Positions 42,233 to 52,306 of a DNA stretch of 64,000 nt are shown in pieces (the first letter of the stretch is position 1; the number at the start of each line of letters is the position of its first letter). The stretch spans positions 416,001 through 480,000 of the forward strand of contig OZ245046.1 in assembly GCA_965224245.1 (NCBI GenBank). The letters are read 5' to 3'. Source of the DNA: Candidatus Eiseniibacteriota bacterium. GTDB lineage: Bacteria; Eisenbacteria; RBG-16-71-46; CAZAMP01. Both the position numbers and the translations under genes were made by a program. Below the pieces are notes generated by a model. That model was given only the letters and a program-made list of their open reading frames with translations, was not told the origin of the DNA and made no database searches.

Positions 42233-43324
42233 CTACCCGTGCGGCTCGGCTGGACCGAGCGGGGTGATGGTCGTCGTGTGGCTTTCCGGGCCACTGTTCT
42301 CCGGGTGAAGATCGGTCCTGACGAAATCGGGGAGACGGCAGATCTCGACCTTGCTTCGGAACACCTGGCCGACGTAGACGCGGCCCCGACCGTCGGCACC
42401 CAGGAGGCTCGGGTAGTAATACCAGCCGGGGCTGATCCCCCGTCCGCCGAACTCACCGCGAAACCGGCCACCGCGGTCGAAGCAGACGACGGTGAACCGG
42501 TTGCGGTCGAGGACGAGCACGAGATCGCCCCCGGTGACGGTCACATCGACCGGGAAGTTGAGCGAGCCGATCTCGGTACCCTTGGAGCCGACGCTGCGCC
42601 GGAACGTGCCGTCGCGCTCGTAGACGAACACGGTGCCGAGGGACGCCGCCGGCAGCCAGACGAGGTCGTCGTGCACCGAGAGCGAGCCGAGGACGGCCTT
42701 GCGGTCGACGACGTCGCCGGTCGCGTCCCGAACCGGGAAGTCGTCCACGAGACGACCGGATGGCTCGTGCTGCGAGATGCGCGGACCGCTCCGGTCGAGG
42801 ACGAAGAGATGCACACCGTCGTGCGCGATGCTCGCGGGCACGATCGGCTCGGCGCCGGGCTCGAGGACGACCTCGTCGATGAACGTCCCATCGAAGTCGA
42901 ACCGGAACACGCGCGGACCCGACTCCGTGGATCCGAGGACAAAAATGTAGCCCTCCACGTCGACGGCCACGTCGAGCGGAGCGGCGAAGCGGTCGCGACC
43001 GTCGAACTCGTACTTGTAGGTGCCGTCCACGTCGAAGATCGTGATCCGGTTGCGACCCGCATCGGCTACGAACACCTCGTCGTGGGTGCGGTCCACGAAG
43101 AGCGCCGACGGACGGACGAAGAGATTCTCGACGCCCGGCGGGTCCAGGCGGTCGATCAGCTCCGCGGGCCGGGACCGGGTATCTGCAAGGGTCGACCCCG
43201 CCGCCGAGCAGACGAGTCCGCCGGCGAGAAGGACGAGGACGGCACTCCGTTCCGGTCGCCGGTGGGAGGCGATCGGAAGCCGGGCCTCGGCGTTGTGAGT
43301 CGATCCGGTGTTAGGCACGGGCAA
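42233..43324 (-). CDS. NHL-repeat six-bladed beta-propeller protein
   Basis: VFVADAGRNRI, PLDVAVD, LNFPVDV, GGRG--PGWYYYP; hydrophobic signal; start uncertain. Confidence 0.85.
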   Translation of the reverse strand: MPVPNTGSTHNAEARLPIASHRRPERSAVLVLLAGGLVCSAAGSTLADTRSRPAELIDRLDPPGVENLFVRPSALFVDRTHDEVFVADAGRNRITIFDVDGTYKYEFDGRDRFAAPLDVAVDVEGYIFVLGSTESGPRVFRFDFDGTFIDEVVLEPGAEPIVPASIAHDGVHLFVLDRSGPRISQHEPSGRLVDDFPVRDATGDVVDRKAVLGSLSVHDDLVWLPAASLGTVFVYERDGTFRRSVGSKGTEIGSLNFPVDVTVTGGDLVLVLDRNRFTVVCFDRGGRFRGEFGGRGISPGWYYYPSLLGADGRGRVYVGQVFRSKVEICRLPDFVRTDLHPENSGPESHTTTITPLGPAEPHG

Positions 43325-43706
43325 AACCTCGCGAAGACAGCCAGACAGGTTAACGACTGCCGTTCGCTACCGACCATCGTGGTTTCCCCGTATGCGCGTT
43401 CGAAACGGCGCGCTCGGCCCACGGAAGTGAATGGTGTTCGAGGTCCGGTCCAGCGGGCGGAGGGCAGCTGGAGCCGGGGTTGCAGGACAGGCGAACGGTC
43501 CCGCCGGGTCGCCCGAACTTCCGACGGCGTGACGTATCGCGGAACGACACTAAAGTCGCTCGGCCGCGGCGTGCGGGTCGCCGGAGGGGCGAGGATCGAG
43601 GCCGGCGCGGTGGTCTGCCGCCGTCGCCCGGCGCCGGCGTTCCAGGCCGCCTGGATCGCCTGCCCGAGCCGCGGGCCCGATGTCGGACACGAGCGAAATC
43701 GGAGAC

Positions 43707-43740
43707 AAAAAGAGAGGACGCCGGGTCACGGCGTCCTCTC
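43707..43740 (-). terminator. Intrinsic terminator of the 43765-44691 gene
   Basis: Perfect 12-bp stem GAGAGGACGCCG/CGGCGTCCTCTC followed by TTTTT on the minus strand. Confidence 0.85.
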
Positions 43741-43764
43741 GTCGTTTCGGTCGGCTGGCCGGCG

Positions 43765-44691
43765 TCAGCGATACAGCGACTTGATCCGGCTCCAGCTTCG
43801 GTCGAGCGTCGGCGTCGACGAGTCGCAGTCGTACGGTCCGCTGAGACCGTTGTTGAACTCGTCGAAGATCTCGGTCAGCGCACTCGTCACGGCTGGCTCG
43901 AGGAACCCCGTGCCGATCGGGGGCACGACGAGGTCGCCGATCAGCGCGTCCGCTTCCGCGAGCGCGTCGAGGACCGAGGCCGCGTTCGCGCCGTTCTCGA
44001 TGTTCAGCCGCGTCGCGATGAGCTGGTGCGCGAGCGACACGAGACCGTTGCCCTCCACCGGCTGGTGCAAGATGTCGTTGAGCTCGGCCAGGTTGTAGAG
44101 GACGTTGCCGAGCATGATGACGTTGGTCGGCCAGTTCTCGAGGTGGTTCTTCCAGTAGCCCTGCGTGAACACGCACTCGTCGTCCGTGCCCACGGCGAGC
44201 GTCGCCTTGTACAAGGTGGGGCCCTTGGCGCTCGGATCCCACGCGCCGCCGCCGTTGGCGAAGATCGTGAAGACGTAGTCCGTGCCGTAGCCGAGCTCTC
44301 GCCAGTCGTTCGCGATCACGCCGGTCTCGTCGGCGATGTCACCCAGCTGAATGGTGATGGACTCACCGGGGGCCAGCAGGAACGTCTCCGGCTCGCCCGG
44401 AAACGCGTTCAGCGTCGGGCTTCCGTAGTAGTGCACGAGGTGCTGACTGATCGACTCCGGAGTCCACAGCTCGCCGTCGGAGAGGAAATCCGCTTCGGTG
44501 GCCCACAAGACGGTGAACCCATTCGGTGCACCGGTGGCTCCGGCGGTCACGAGAAACTCCGCGCGACCCTTGCCCGGCTCCACGAACCGCAACGTCGGGG
44601 TGTCCACCTCGATGGCGGAAGCCGTGCCGGCGAACAACGTGGCAGTCGAGGCAAGTCCGATGCAGAACGCGGCAGTGCGTCGGCGATGCAT
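43765..44691 (-). CDS. Secreted hypothetical protein with TQGYWKNH motif and C-terminal SWSRIKSLY motif
   Basis: GGAGGA RBS; signal ending ASA-I; CVFTQGYWKNH; LAHQLIATRLN; ends PTLDRSWSRIKSLYR. Confidence 0.8.
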   Translation of the reverse strand: MHRRRTAAFCIGLASTATLFAGTASAIEVDTPTLRFVEPGKGRAEFLVTAGATGAPNGFTVLWATEADFLSDGELWTPESISQHLVHYYGSPTLNAFPGEPETFLLAPGESITIQLGDIADETGVIANDWRELGYGTDYVFTIFANGGGAWDPSAKGPTLYKATLAVGTDDECVFTQGYWKNHLENWPTNVIMLGNVLYNLAELNDILHQPVEGNGLVSLAHQLIATRLNIENGANAASVLDALAEADALIGDLVVPPIGTGFLEPAVTSALTEIFDEFNNGLSGPYDCDSSTPTLDRSWSRIKSLYR

Positions 44692-44716
44692 TACTTTCCT
44701 CCGTTGCTATTTCAAC

Positions 44717-44760
44717 TGATCCAGGAACGCAATCATGATCCAGGAACGCAATTCAGTATA
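44717..44760 (-). promoter_or_regulatory. TATACT -10 box followed by a 17-bp direct repeat (TGATCCAGGAACGCAAT x2 on +)
   Basis: Repeat copies at 44717-44733 and 44736-44752; AGTATA at 44755-44760 on +. Confidence 0.55.
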
Positions 44761-45284
44761 GACCAGATGAGCCGCGCATGTGTGGATTTTCGTGCAAAGG
44801 CGCGACCGGCTCCGGGGCCCCGGCTGGAACGCATTCGTCAATCGAGATGCTTCCCGGCACGCCCGGGCTTGGTCGCGCTCCGGACACGAACTGCCGAGAC
44901 ATTGCGCCCGGCCTCGCGCGTGTAGGTGACGCTGTCGGACGCCGCGGAGACCAGGACGAGGCCGCGTCCGCCAGTTTGCGCGGTTTCTAGGGATTCAGTG
45001 GCTCGAGATACCCCGGCGATGGCGGCGGCCACGTCGAAGGGGGGCCAATCCGAGGCGGCGGTCCCTTGCGGCGAGGCACGAGCTCGTCTGGGACAGACGA
45101 GCGGCCATTGGCCGTGCCGTCCCTCGCGGCGTGTACGTCCTCGCGGTCACGTCCGGGACTGACGGGGTCGGCCGGATGCGAAGGTATCGCGCTCGACTGA
45201 CGTCACGTTGCCTGTTCGGTGCCGGGAGTTCGCTTCTCCGGGTGACGACGATCACCCGGAGACCCTCCCCCGAAAGGAGTTCCG

Positions 45285-45954
45285 ATGCTGACCCGAGCCC
45301 GTACCCTGACGGCCGCGATCCTGCTCGCGGCGGTCGCCTCCACCGCTTTCGCCCAGAACCGGGCCGGCGACGTGCACGTGTCCACGTTCGCCGGTCGCTT
45401 CGCTCCACGGAGAGCTCGACGGCTCACTGACGGCCGAGATCGATCCCGCCGTCGGCTACGGCGGCCAGCTCACCGTGTGGCTCACCCCGAACGTCGGGCT
45501 CGCCGGGTCGGCCTACTACGTCGAGACGACGTTGACCGCCGACCTCTTCGGCGAGACCGGCTCGATCGACACCTCGGTCTGGACCTCCGGCGGCCGGATC
45601 GTGCTCGGGCTCGGCAGTGCGGGGCCCCGGAGCCTCGTGAACCTGACCGCGGGGCTCGTGGCGAACTACACCGACTACGGGGACGTGATCGAGTCGTCGA
45701 CCCGCGCCGCCGGCGTCGTCGGGGCCGATCTGAACGTGCCGCTCGGTGCCAACCTCGGGCTGTGGCTCGGCGTGGACGACTACGTGCACGACGTCTGGTT
45801 CGAGCTCGACGGGGTCCGCACCGAGACGCAGCGGCAGCACGACGTGGTGTTCTTCGGGGGGGCACCTTCTACAGCGGACGGTGGCGCATCGACCGGAGCC
45901 GAGGGTGCGTTGCGGTCGTCGGAAGCGCGAAGCCGCACTGATGCGTGGACGTAG
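45285..45954 (+). pseudogene. Frameshifted small outer-membrane beta-barrel gene
   Basis: AAAGGAG + ATG 45285 with signal peptide (AFA-Q) in one frame; barrel-like strands (AVGYGGQLTVWL, VNLTAGL, GVVGADLNVPL) in the +1 frame from ~45409; G7 run at 45856-45862. Confidence 0.55.
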
Positions 45955-46223
45955 TCGGTGGATCGTGTTGAGCGCCGGGACGACGTTCATCTCACCGCTC
46001 CCGTTCCCACCGATCGACGAGGAGTTCGCCTACCGTCCGGAGATCGCCGGCGTCTCCGTGGGGTCTCCAGTCGATCCGCCCGGACCCTCTCCCGCACCAT
46101 GAGCAAGCGCGCCCGGGAACGGTAGTGGGTCAGACTCACTCCCCCGGGATTTGCCGTGCGGGCGCCGCCCGGCGATACACGCTGGAGACGGTGCCGACAA
46201 TGGGGCAGACTGGTTCCCACGCA

Positions 46224-46309
46224 GGAGGGATGGCCGAGCGGCTTAAGGCGGCGGTCTTGAAAACCGCTGTGCGAAAGCACCGTGGGTTCGAATCCCACTC
46301 CCTCCGCCA
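46224..46309 (+). tRNA. tRNA-Ser(TGA)
   Basis: GGAGGGA/TCCCTCC acceptor, anticodon loop CTTGAAA, long variable arm, GTTCGAATC, encoded CCA. Confidence 0.95.
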
Positions 46310-46391
46310 TTGCCTCCCGTCGGGTGTGGCCCCGTCGCAACCTTCTTGCCCTGCCCCCTCGATTGACGTAGGCTTCTCGCCCGGCAATCGG

Positions 46392-46481
46392 GGAGCGGTG
46401 ACCGAGCGGCTGAAGGTGGCACCCTGCTAAGGTGTTGTGCGGGAAACCGTACCGAGGGTTCGAATCCCTCCCGCTCCGCCA
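46392..46481 (+). tRNA. tRNA-Ser(GCT)
   Basis: GGAGCGG/CCGCTCC acceptor, loop CTGCTAA, variable arm, CCA. Confidence 0.95.
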
Positions 46482-46506
46482 TCACCCGGGCCGAGGGCAT
46501 TGGGAC

Positions 46507-46583
46507 GCGCCCATAGCTCAATTGGATAGAGCGTCTGGCTACGGACCAGAAGGTTGGGGGTTCAAGTCCTCCTGGGCGTACCA
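46507..46583 (+). tRNA. tRNA-Arg(ACG)
   Basis: GCGCCCA/TGGGCGT acceptor, loop CTACGGA, GTTCAAGTC, CCA. Confidence 0.95.
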
Positions 46584-46631
46584 TCTCGAACATCATCGTC
46601 CGCGGCGCCGCGCGGTGCCGCCGGAGTCCGC

Positions 46632-46660
46632 GGCCCCGCCTCCAGGTCGGGGCCTTTTTT
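46632..46660 (+). terminator. Intrinsic terminator after tRNA-Arg
   Basis: GGCCCCG...CGGGGCC stem followed by TTTTTT. Confidence 0.8.
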
Positions 46661-46770
46661 GTGGTCACGTGCATGCCCGGCCGATCCAACGACGGCTGTC
46701 GATCGGTCGGACGTGGCCGAACCCGCGTGCGTCCCGGGACGCCGAGGACGCGCCGACCAATCGAGGCATC

Positions 46771-47439
<669 letters not shown>

Positions 47440-47450
47440 TCGCTCGGTGC

Positions 47451-47538
47451 GGAGAGGTGACCGAGCGGCTTAAGGTGCACGACTGGAAATCGTGTTGGCA
47501 GAAATGCCACGGGGGTTCGAATCCCCCTCTCTCCGCCA
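47451..47538 (+). tRNA. tRNA-Ser(GGA)
   Basis: GGAGAGG/TCTCTCC acceptor, loop CTGGAAA, variable arm, CCA. Confidence 0.95.
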
Positions 47539-47638
47539 TTTTCGCTCCGGCTCGTGATCCCGGCTCGTCACCCGACGATCCGTCCCCGCTCCATGGCGCG
47601 CGCCCCCGAGCCGGCGGTGCGATCGGCACGCCCGGTAC

Positions 47639-49162
47639 ATGACCGCCGCGTCTCCAGAGTCGACCGCCGGCCCGATCGAGCACCGGGCGTTTCTCGCCGG
47701 CATCGGCGTGTGGCTGATCCTGACGATCCTGCTCGCCGTGGGACAGCACCGGGTGCCGGGTCTCCTCGACGGCGACAGCTACTTTCACGTGGGCTACGTC
47801 GAGGTCTGGGGCCAACAGGGGCTGTCGCGTTCGTTCCCGTGGACGACCGTGAGCACGTGGTCCGATGCGTTCGCGGACAAGGACCTCCTGTTCCACGCGT
47901 TCCTGTGGCCGTTCGTGGCTCTCGTCGGGGAGACCGGGGCGAAGATCGCGACGACGCTCCTCGGAAGCGCGGTCCTGGGTCTTCTGGCCACGTTCGCGGC
48001 ACGACATCGACTCGCCGGTGCCACCGTGTGGTCGCTCCTCGTCCTCGGGGTGGGATGGCACGTGCTCCATCGGCTGATGCCGGTGCGCTCGCACGTGATG
48101 GCCATGCTGCTCCTGGTGATCTGGGTCGAGTGCTTGATCTCGAGCCGCTGGCGGTGGCTCGCGGTCGTGTCGTTCCTCCAGGCGTGGAACCACCAGTCCG
48201 CGCCCATCTACCCCGCGCTGGCGATCGCGTTCGCGCTCGGAGCGTGGGGGGGACGCGGGCGTCCCGATGCGCGCCCCGTCCTGGCCACGGCCGGGGGCGT
48301 CGTGCTCGGCTTCCTCGTCAACCCGTACGTGCCGAACGACATCCGGGCGTGGTGGCTCGGTGCGGCGGAGCTGATGCGCACGGTGCTCGGGGTGGGGACG
48401 GCGATGCCGCCGGGCATCTTCGGTCCCGAGCTGGGCGAGGTGGGCTCGCGCATGCTGCTCACGAACCACGTGACCCCGTTCGCCTGGATCGCACTCGTGG
48501 CGGTGGCGCTCGGGTTTCGAGGGGTGGCGCTCTCGGCCAGGGGGCGCGCGGCGACGCTCCTCGGGCTGAGCGCGCTCGTCCTGGGGCTCGTGACGTCGCG
48601 CTTTCTCCACGAGATCGCGATTCCGATCGCGTTCGTGTGGGGTGCCGTGGTCACCGACGAGCTGCTGCGCGCCCGGGGCGGGCTCGGCGCGATCGGGCGA
48701 CGTGCGTCGGGCGCCGCGGTGGTCGTGTCATGGCTCGTCGCGCTGCCGCCGGCGATCGCGGAGCTGCGGGACCTGCCGGACTACCGGTCGCAGGAGCGGT
48801 ACCGGTCCGGTGTCCGGGCGCTGGCGGATGCGCTCCCGGACGGCGCCGTCGTGTTCCACACCGACGCCGGTGCCTTCAATCCGCTGTTCCGGTTCGCGCC
48901 CGAGCAGCGCTACCTGTTCGCGCTGGATCCGATCTTCTTCTACGGAGCCGATCGCGCGCGCTTCGCACAGTGGCTGCGCTTCCGGGCCGGGCAGTCGCCC
49001 GATCCCGTCCGGATGATCGCCGACACGTTCGGCGCCGACGGGATCTTCCTGCGGCGCTCCCGGCCGGTCGACGAGCAGTTCATCGGATACCTGGAGCGAC
49101 ACCCGGCGGTCGAACGCGTGTACGACGACTCCGAGTGCGCCGCGTTTCGCGTCCGCCGCTGA
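47639..49162 (+). CDS. Polytopic membrane protein, probable GT-C glycosyltransferase
   Basis: DGDSYFH loop after TM1, many TMs, LVNPY, soluble C-terminal domain with LDPIF. Confidence 0.65.
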   Translation: MTAASPESTAGPIEHRAFLAGIGVWLILTILLAVGQHRVPGLLDGDSYFHVGYVEVWGQQGLSRSFPWTTVSTWSDAFADKDLLFHAFLWPFVALVGETGAKIATTLLGSAVLGLLATFAARHRLAGATVWSLLVLGVGWHVLHRLMPVRSHVMAMLLLVIWVECLISSRWRWLAVVSFLQAWNHQSAPIYPALAIAFALGAWGGRGRPDARPVLATAGGVVLGFLVNPYVPNDIRAWWLGAAELMRTVLGVGTAMPPGIFGPELGEVGSRMLLTNHVTPFAWIALVAVALGFRGVALSARGRAATLLGLSALVLGLVTSRFLHEIAIPIAFVWGAVVTDELLRARGGLGAIGRRASGAAVVVSWLVALPPAIAELRDLPDYRSQERYRSGVRALADALPDGAVVFHTDAGAFNPLFRFAPEQRYLFALDPIFFYGADRARFAQWLRFRAGQSPDPVRMIADTFGADGIFLRRSRPVDEQFIGYLERHPAVERVYDDSECAAFRVRR

Positions 49163-49290
49163 CGTCGGGCCGCCGGAACCCGCGTCGATGGCCGATTGCG
49201 CCGCCCCCCGCCGACGTGATAGAAATACCGGGCGCCGGTTCCGGGGCGGGGTTTTCCTCCATGCACCGGCGCCGTAAAACATTTGTGTGT

Positions 49291-49366
49291 GGGGATGTAG
49301 CTCAGTTGGGAGAGCGCCTCGTTCGCAACGAGGAGGTCGGCGGTTCGACCCCGCTCATCTCCACCA
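49291..49366 (+). tRNA. tRNA-Ala(CGC)
   Basis: GGGGATG/CATCTCC acceptor with G3:U70, loop TTCGCAA, CCA. Confidence 0.95.
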
Positions 49367-49375
49367 GTTCGCATT

Positions 49376-49471
49376 GGCCAGGTCCTGCGCAATCGCGGCC
49401 CACGAACCCCGTCAGGACCGGAAGGTAGCAGCGGTAAGTGGTTACCCGGTGTGCCGCAGGGTTGCCTGGCC
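49376..49471 (+). ncRNA. ffs: Signal recognition particle 4.5S RNA
   Basis: TCAGGACCGGAAGGTAGCAGC domain IV; terminal GGCCAGG/CCTGGCC stem; upstream of dnaX. Confidence 0.92.
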
Positions 49472-49530
49472 TCTTTCTCTCGAGCCTCGACGTCGACTAG
49501 GCGCTCGCGCCGCCACCGGGGGGAGTCGCC

Positions 49531-51294
49531 GTGTCCGGGATCTACACCGTCCTGGCCCGCAAGTGGCGGCCGCTGACGTTCGACGACGTCGTCGGGCAGG
49601 ACGTCGTCGTCCGGACGCTGCGCAACGCCATCGACCGGGATCGCGTCGCCCACGCGTACCTGTTCGCGGGATCGCGCGGCACGGGCAAGACGACGGTGGC
49701 CCGCATCCTCGCGCGTGCGCTGAACTGTGCCGACGGGCCCACCGCGACGCCGTGCGGCGAGTGTGACACGTGCCGCGACATTCTCTCCGGCACGTCGCTC
49801 GACGTGCTGGAGATCGACGGCGCGTCCACGCGCGGCATCGACGACGTGAGGCGCCTTCGCGAGGACGTGAAGCTCGCGCCGTCGAAGGGTCGCAAGAAGG
49901 TCTACATCGTGGACGAGGTCCACATGCTGACCCATCAGGCCTTCAACGCGCTGTTGAAGACGCTCGAAGAGCCGCCGGCGCACGTCGTGTTCGTGCTCGC
50001 GACCACCGATCCCCAGAAGCTGCCCGATACGATCCTCTCGCGATGCCAGCGCTACAACTTCACGCGCATCTCGGTGCCCGACACCGTGGCCCGCCTCAAG
50101 CACGTCGTCGAGTCCGAGGGGGTCGCGCTCGACGACGCGGCGCTCCTCGTGCTCGCTCGCCGCTCGGGCGGCGCGCTCCGCGACGCGCTCGGGTTCCTGG
50201 ATCAGGTCATGGCCACCGGCGAGGTGGAGAGCGCGGGCAAGACACCCATCGGCGAGTCGGCCGTCGTCGACGCGCTGGGGCTCGTCGGTTCGGACGTCTA
50301 CACCGGGCTGTTACGCGCGTTCGTCGAGCACGATGCGGCGGCCGCCCTGGCCATCGTGTCCGAAGCGCACCGGAGCGGCCACGACGTGGAGTTCTTCGTC
50401 CAGGGCCTCGTCGACGTGCTACGCGACGTGCTCGTCATCAAGTCGACGCCGGCGACCGGAGGTGACTCGGCGCCGTCGCTGGGCGACATCCTCGATCGCT
50501 CGCCCGACGACTGCCGCGAGCTCACCGAGCTGACCGGGCCTCTCGGGCTCGGCGACGTCCTGCGGCTCATCCGCATCGCGCTGGAGACGTCCGATCAGCT
50601 GCGCAGCTCGGACTACCCGTGGGTCCACCTCGAGGTGAGCATCGTCGAGATGGCGAGCCTCGATCGCGTCGCCGACCTCTCCGAGCTGATCGGGGCGATC
50701 GGCTCGGACCCACCCGGCGGCGGCGGCGGCGCGCAGGCACGACCGCCGCGCGAGCGCACGACGACGCGGGACGCACGCGCGCGCGGCGGCACACGGTCGC
50801 CAGGCAAAGGCACCTCGTCCGGCGCATCGGCCGGGATGAGCGCGAGTGCGGACGCCGTCGGTCTGGTGGAGGTTCTGTCCGCGGCCTCCGAGGCCCCTCC
50901 GCCCGCGACCAGCGCGGCACCCACGTCGTTCGAGGACGGGACGCCGCTTCCGCCCGAGCTGTGGCGATCGGTGCTCGACCGCGTGAAGTCCGAGAAGCCG
51001 CTCCTGTGGAGCGTGCTCACACAGGGTGAGCCGGGCCCGGTCCGGGGCGGTGCGCTCACGTTCCAGGTGGATCCCGACAACGGCTTTCACGTCGAGCAGC
51101 TGCGCGAGCCGGCACACCTCGACCTCATTCGGGGCTGCCTCAGCGCCGCGTGCGAGACGGATCTCGGGTTCCGGATCGCGCTGGCCGACGGTGCGGGCAA
51201 GCACGCTCACCTGCCCGAGGAGCGCCGAAAGGTGCTGGCCGATCCGTTCGTACAGAAGGTGCTGGAGTTTCTCGACGGCGAGGTCGTCGACTAG
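49531..51294 (+). CDS. dnaX: DNA polymerase III subunit gamma/tau
   Basis: LARKWRP--FDDVVGQ, GSRGTGKTT, PCGECDTC, IDGAS, DEVHML, SRC. Confidence 0.96.
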   Translation: MSGIYTVLARKWRPLTFDDVVGQDVVVRTLRNAIDRDRVAHAYLFAGSRGTGKTTVARILARALNCADGPTATPCGECDTCRDILSGTSLDVLEIDGASTRGIDDVRRLREDVKLAPSKGRKKVYIVDEVHMLTHQAFNALLKTLEEPPAHVVFVLATTDPQKLPDTILSRCQRYNFTRISVPDTVARLKHVVESEGVALDDAALLVLARRSGGALRDALGFLDQVMATGEVESAGKTPIGESAVVDALGLVGSDVYTGLLRAFVEHDAAAALAIVSEAHRSGHDVEFFVQGLVDVLRDVLVIKSTPATGGDSAPSLGDILDRSPDDCRELTELTGPLGLGDVLRLIRIALETSDQLRSSDYPWVHLEVSIVEMASLDRVADLSELIGAIGSDPPGGGGGAQARPPRERTTTRDARARGGTRSPGKGTSSGASAGMSASADAVGLVEVLSAASEAPPPATSAAPTSFEDGTPLPPELWRSVLDRVKSEKPLLWSVLTQGEPGPVRGGALTFQVDPDNGFHVEQLREPAHLDLIRGCLSAACETDLGFRIALADGAGKHAHLPEERRKVLADPFVQKVLEFLDGEVVD

Positions 51295-51311
51295 ATGGGA
51301 GCGGGATCTCG

Positions 51312-51626
51312 ATGGACATCAATCAGCTGATGAAGCAGGCGCAGAAGATGCAGGCCAAGATGGCCAAGGCCCAGGAGCGCCTGGAGGAGATCGAAGTCTC
51401 CGCGACCGCCGGCGGCGGTGTCGTCGAGGTGCGTGCCAACGCGAAGCAGGAGATCCTCGGCATCTCCATCAAGCCCGAGGCGGTCGATCCCGACGACGTC
51501 GAGATGCTCGAGGACCTGATTCTCGGCGCCCTGAAAGAGGTGCAGAAGCTCGCCCGCGATGAGCAGGAAGCGGAGATGGGCAAGGTGACCGGGGGCATGG
51601 GCATGCCGCCGGGCCTCATGGGCTGA
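51312..51626 (+). CDS. ybaB: YbaB/EbfC nucleoid-associated protein
   Basis: MKQAQKMQ, AGGGVV, VDPDDVEMLEDLI; dnaX-ybaB-recR synteny. Confidence 0.95.
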   Translation: MDINQLMKQAQKMQAKMAKAQERLEEIEVSATAGGGVVEVRANAKQEILGISIKPEAVDPDDVEMLEDLILGALKEVQKLARDEQEAEMGKVTGGMGMPPGLMG

Positions 51627-52234
51627 TGCAGTACAGCTCGAAGATCCTCGAGACCCTCGTCGAGGAGTTCGGTCGGCTCCCCGGCATCGGCCGCAAGTCC
51701 GCGCAGCGAATGGCATTCTACCTCCTGCGCCAGCCGCGGGAGGACGTGCTCGTGCTCGCCGACGCCATCCGGGACGTCAAGGAACGCGTCGTCGAGTGCG
51801 CCGAGTGCGGCAACATCGCCGAGTCCGACGTGTGCCTGATCTGCTCGGATCCTCGCCGCACGCGCGGTCTCATCTGCGTGGTCGAGAACCCGGTGGACGT
51901 GGTCGCGATCGAGCGCACGAGCGTGTTCAACGGGGTCTATCACGTGCTCGGCGGCGGGATCTCACCGCTGGACGGCGTGGGCCCCGACGACATCCGCACC
52001 CGCGAGCTGCTGGCCCGCGTGGACGCCAACGCGGCCACCGAGGTCATCCTGGCCACCAGCGCATCCAGCGTCGGGGAGGCCACCGCGCATTATCTCGAGC
52101 AGCTGCTGCGGGGCAAGTCGGTCCGCGTGACGCGCATTGCCCGCGGTCTGCCCATGGGGGCCGACCTCGAGTTCGCCGATCAGGTGACGGTGCAGAAGGC
52201 GCTCGAAGGAAGACGCGACGTCACTGGAACGTGA
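51626..52234 (+). CDS. recR: Recombination mediator RecR
   Basis: LPGIGRKSAQR, C4 zinc finger, YHVLGG-ISPLDG, GEATA, IARGLPMG. Confidence 0.96.
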   Translation: MQYSSKILETLVEEFGRLPGIGRKSAQRMAFYLLRQPREDVLVLADAIRDVKERVVECAECGNIAESDVCLICSDPRRTRGLICVVENPVDVVAIERTSVFNGVYHVLGGGISPLDGVGPDDIRTRELLARVDANAATEVILATSASSVGEATAHYLEQLLRGKSVRVTRIARGLPMGADLEFADQVTVQKALEGRRDVTGT

Positions 52235-52306
52235 GTGAGATCGGCCGGAGCGGGATCTCGGGTGAAGCCCGGGCCCGTCGGGTCACGGCTCGATCGGTCC
52301 ATCGCG

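Noticed and set aside
32068-46224. Nanowire locus as a genomic island integrated at the tRNA cluster
   Set aside because: No integrase or transposase, no duplicated tRNA 3' end seen, no obvious GC shift, and the locus lies on the 5' side of the tRNAs
46224-46309. tRNA with TGA in the anticodon loop as possible tRNA-Sec or suppressor
   Set aside because: Anticodon UGA reads UCA (Ser); tRNA-Sec has anticodon UCA and an 8-bp acceptor stem, which this lacks
49531-51294. Programmed frameshift in dnaX (gamma/tau)
   Set aside because: No A-AAA-AAG or poly-A slippery site seen in the linker region
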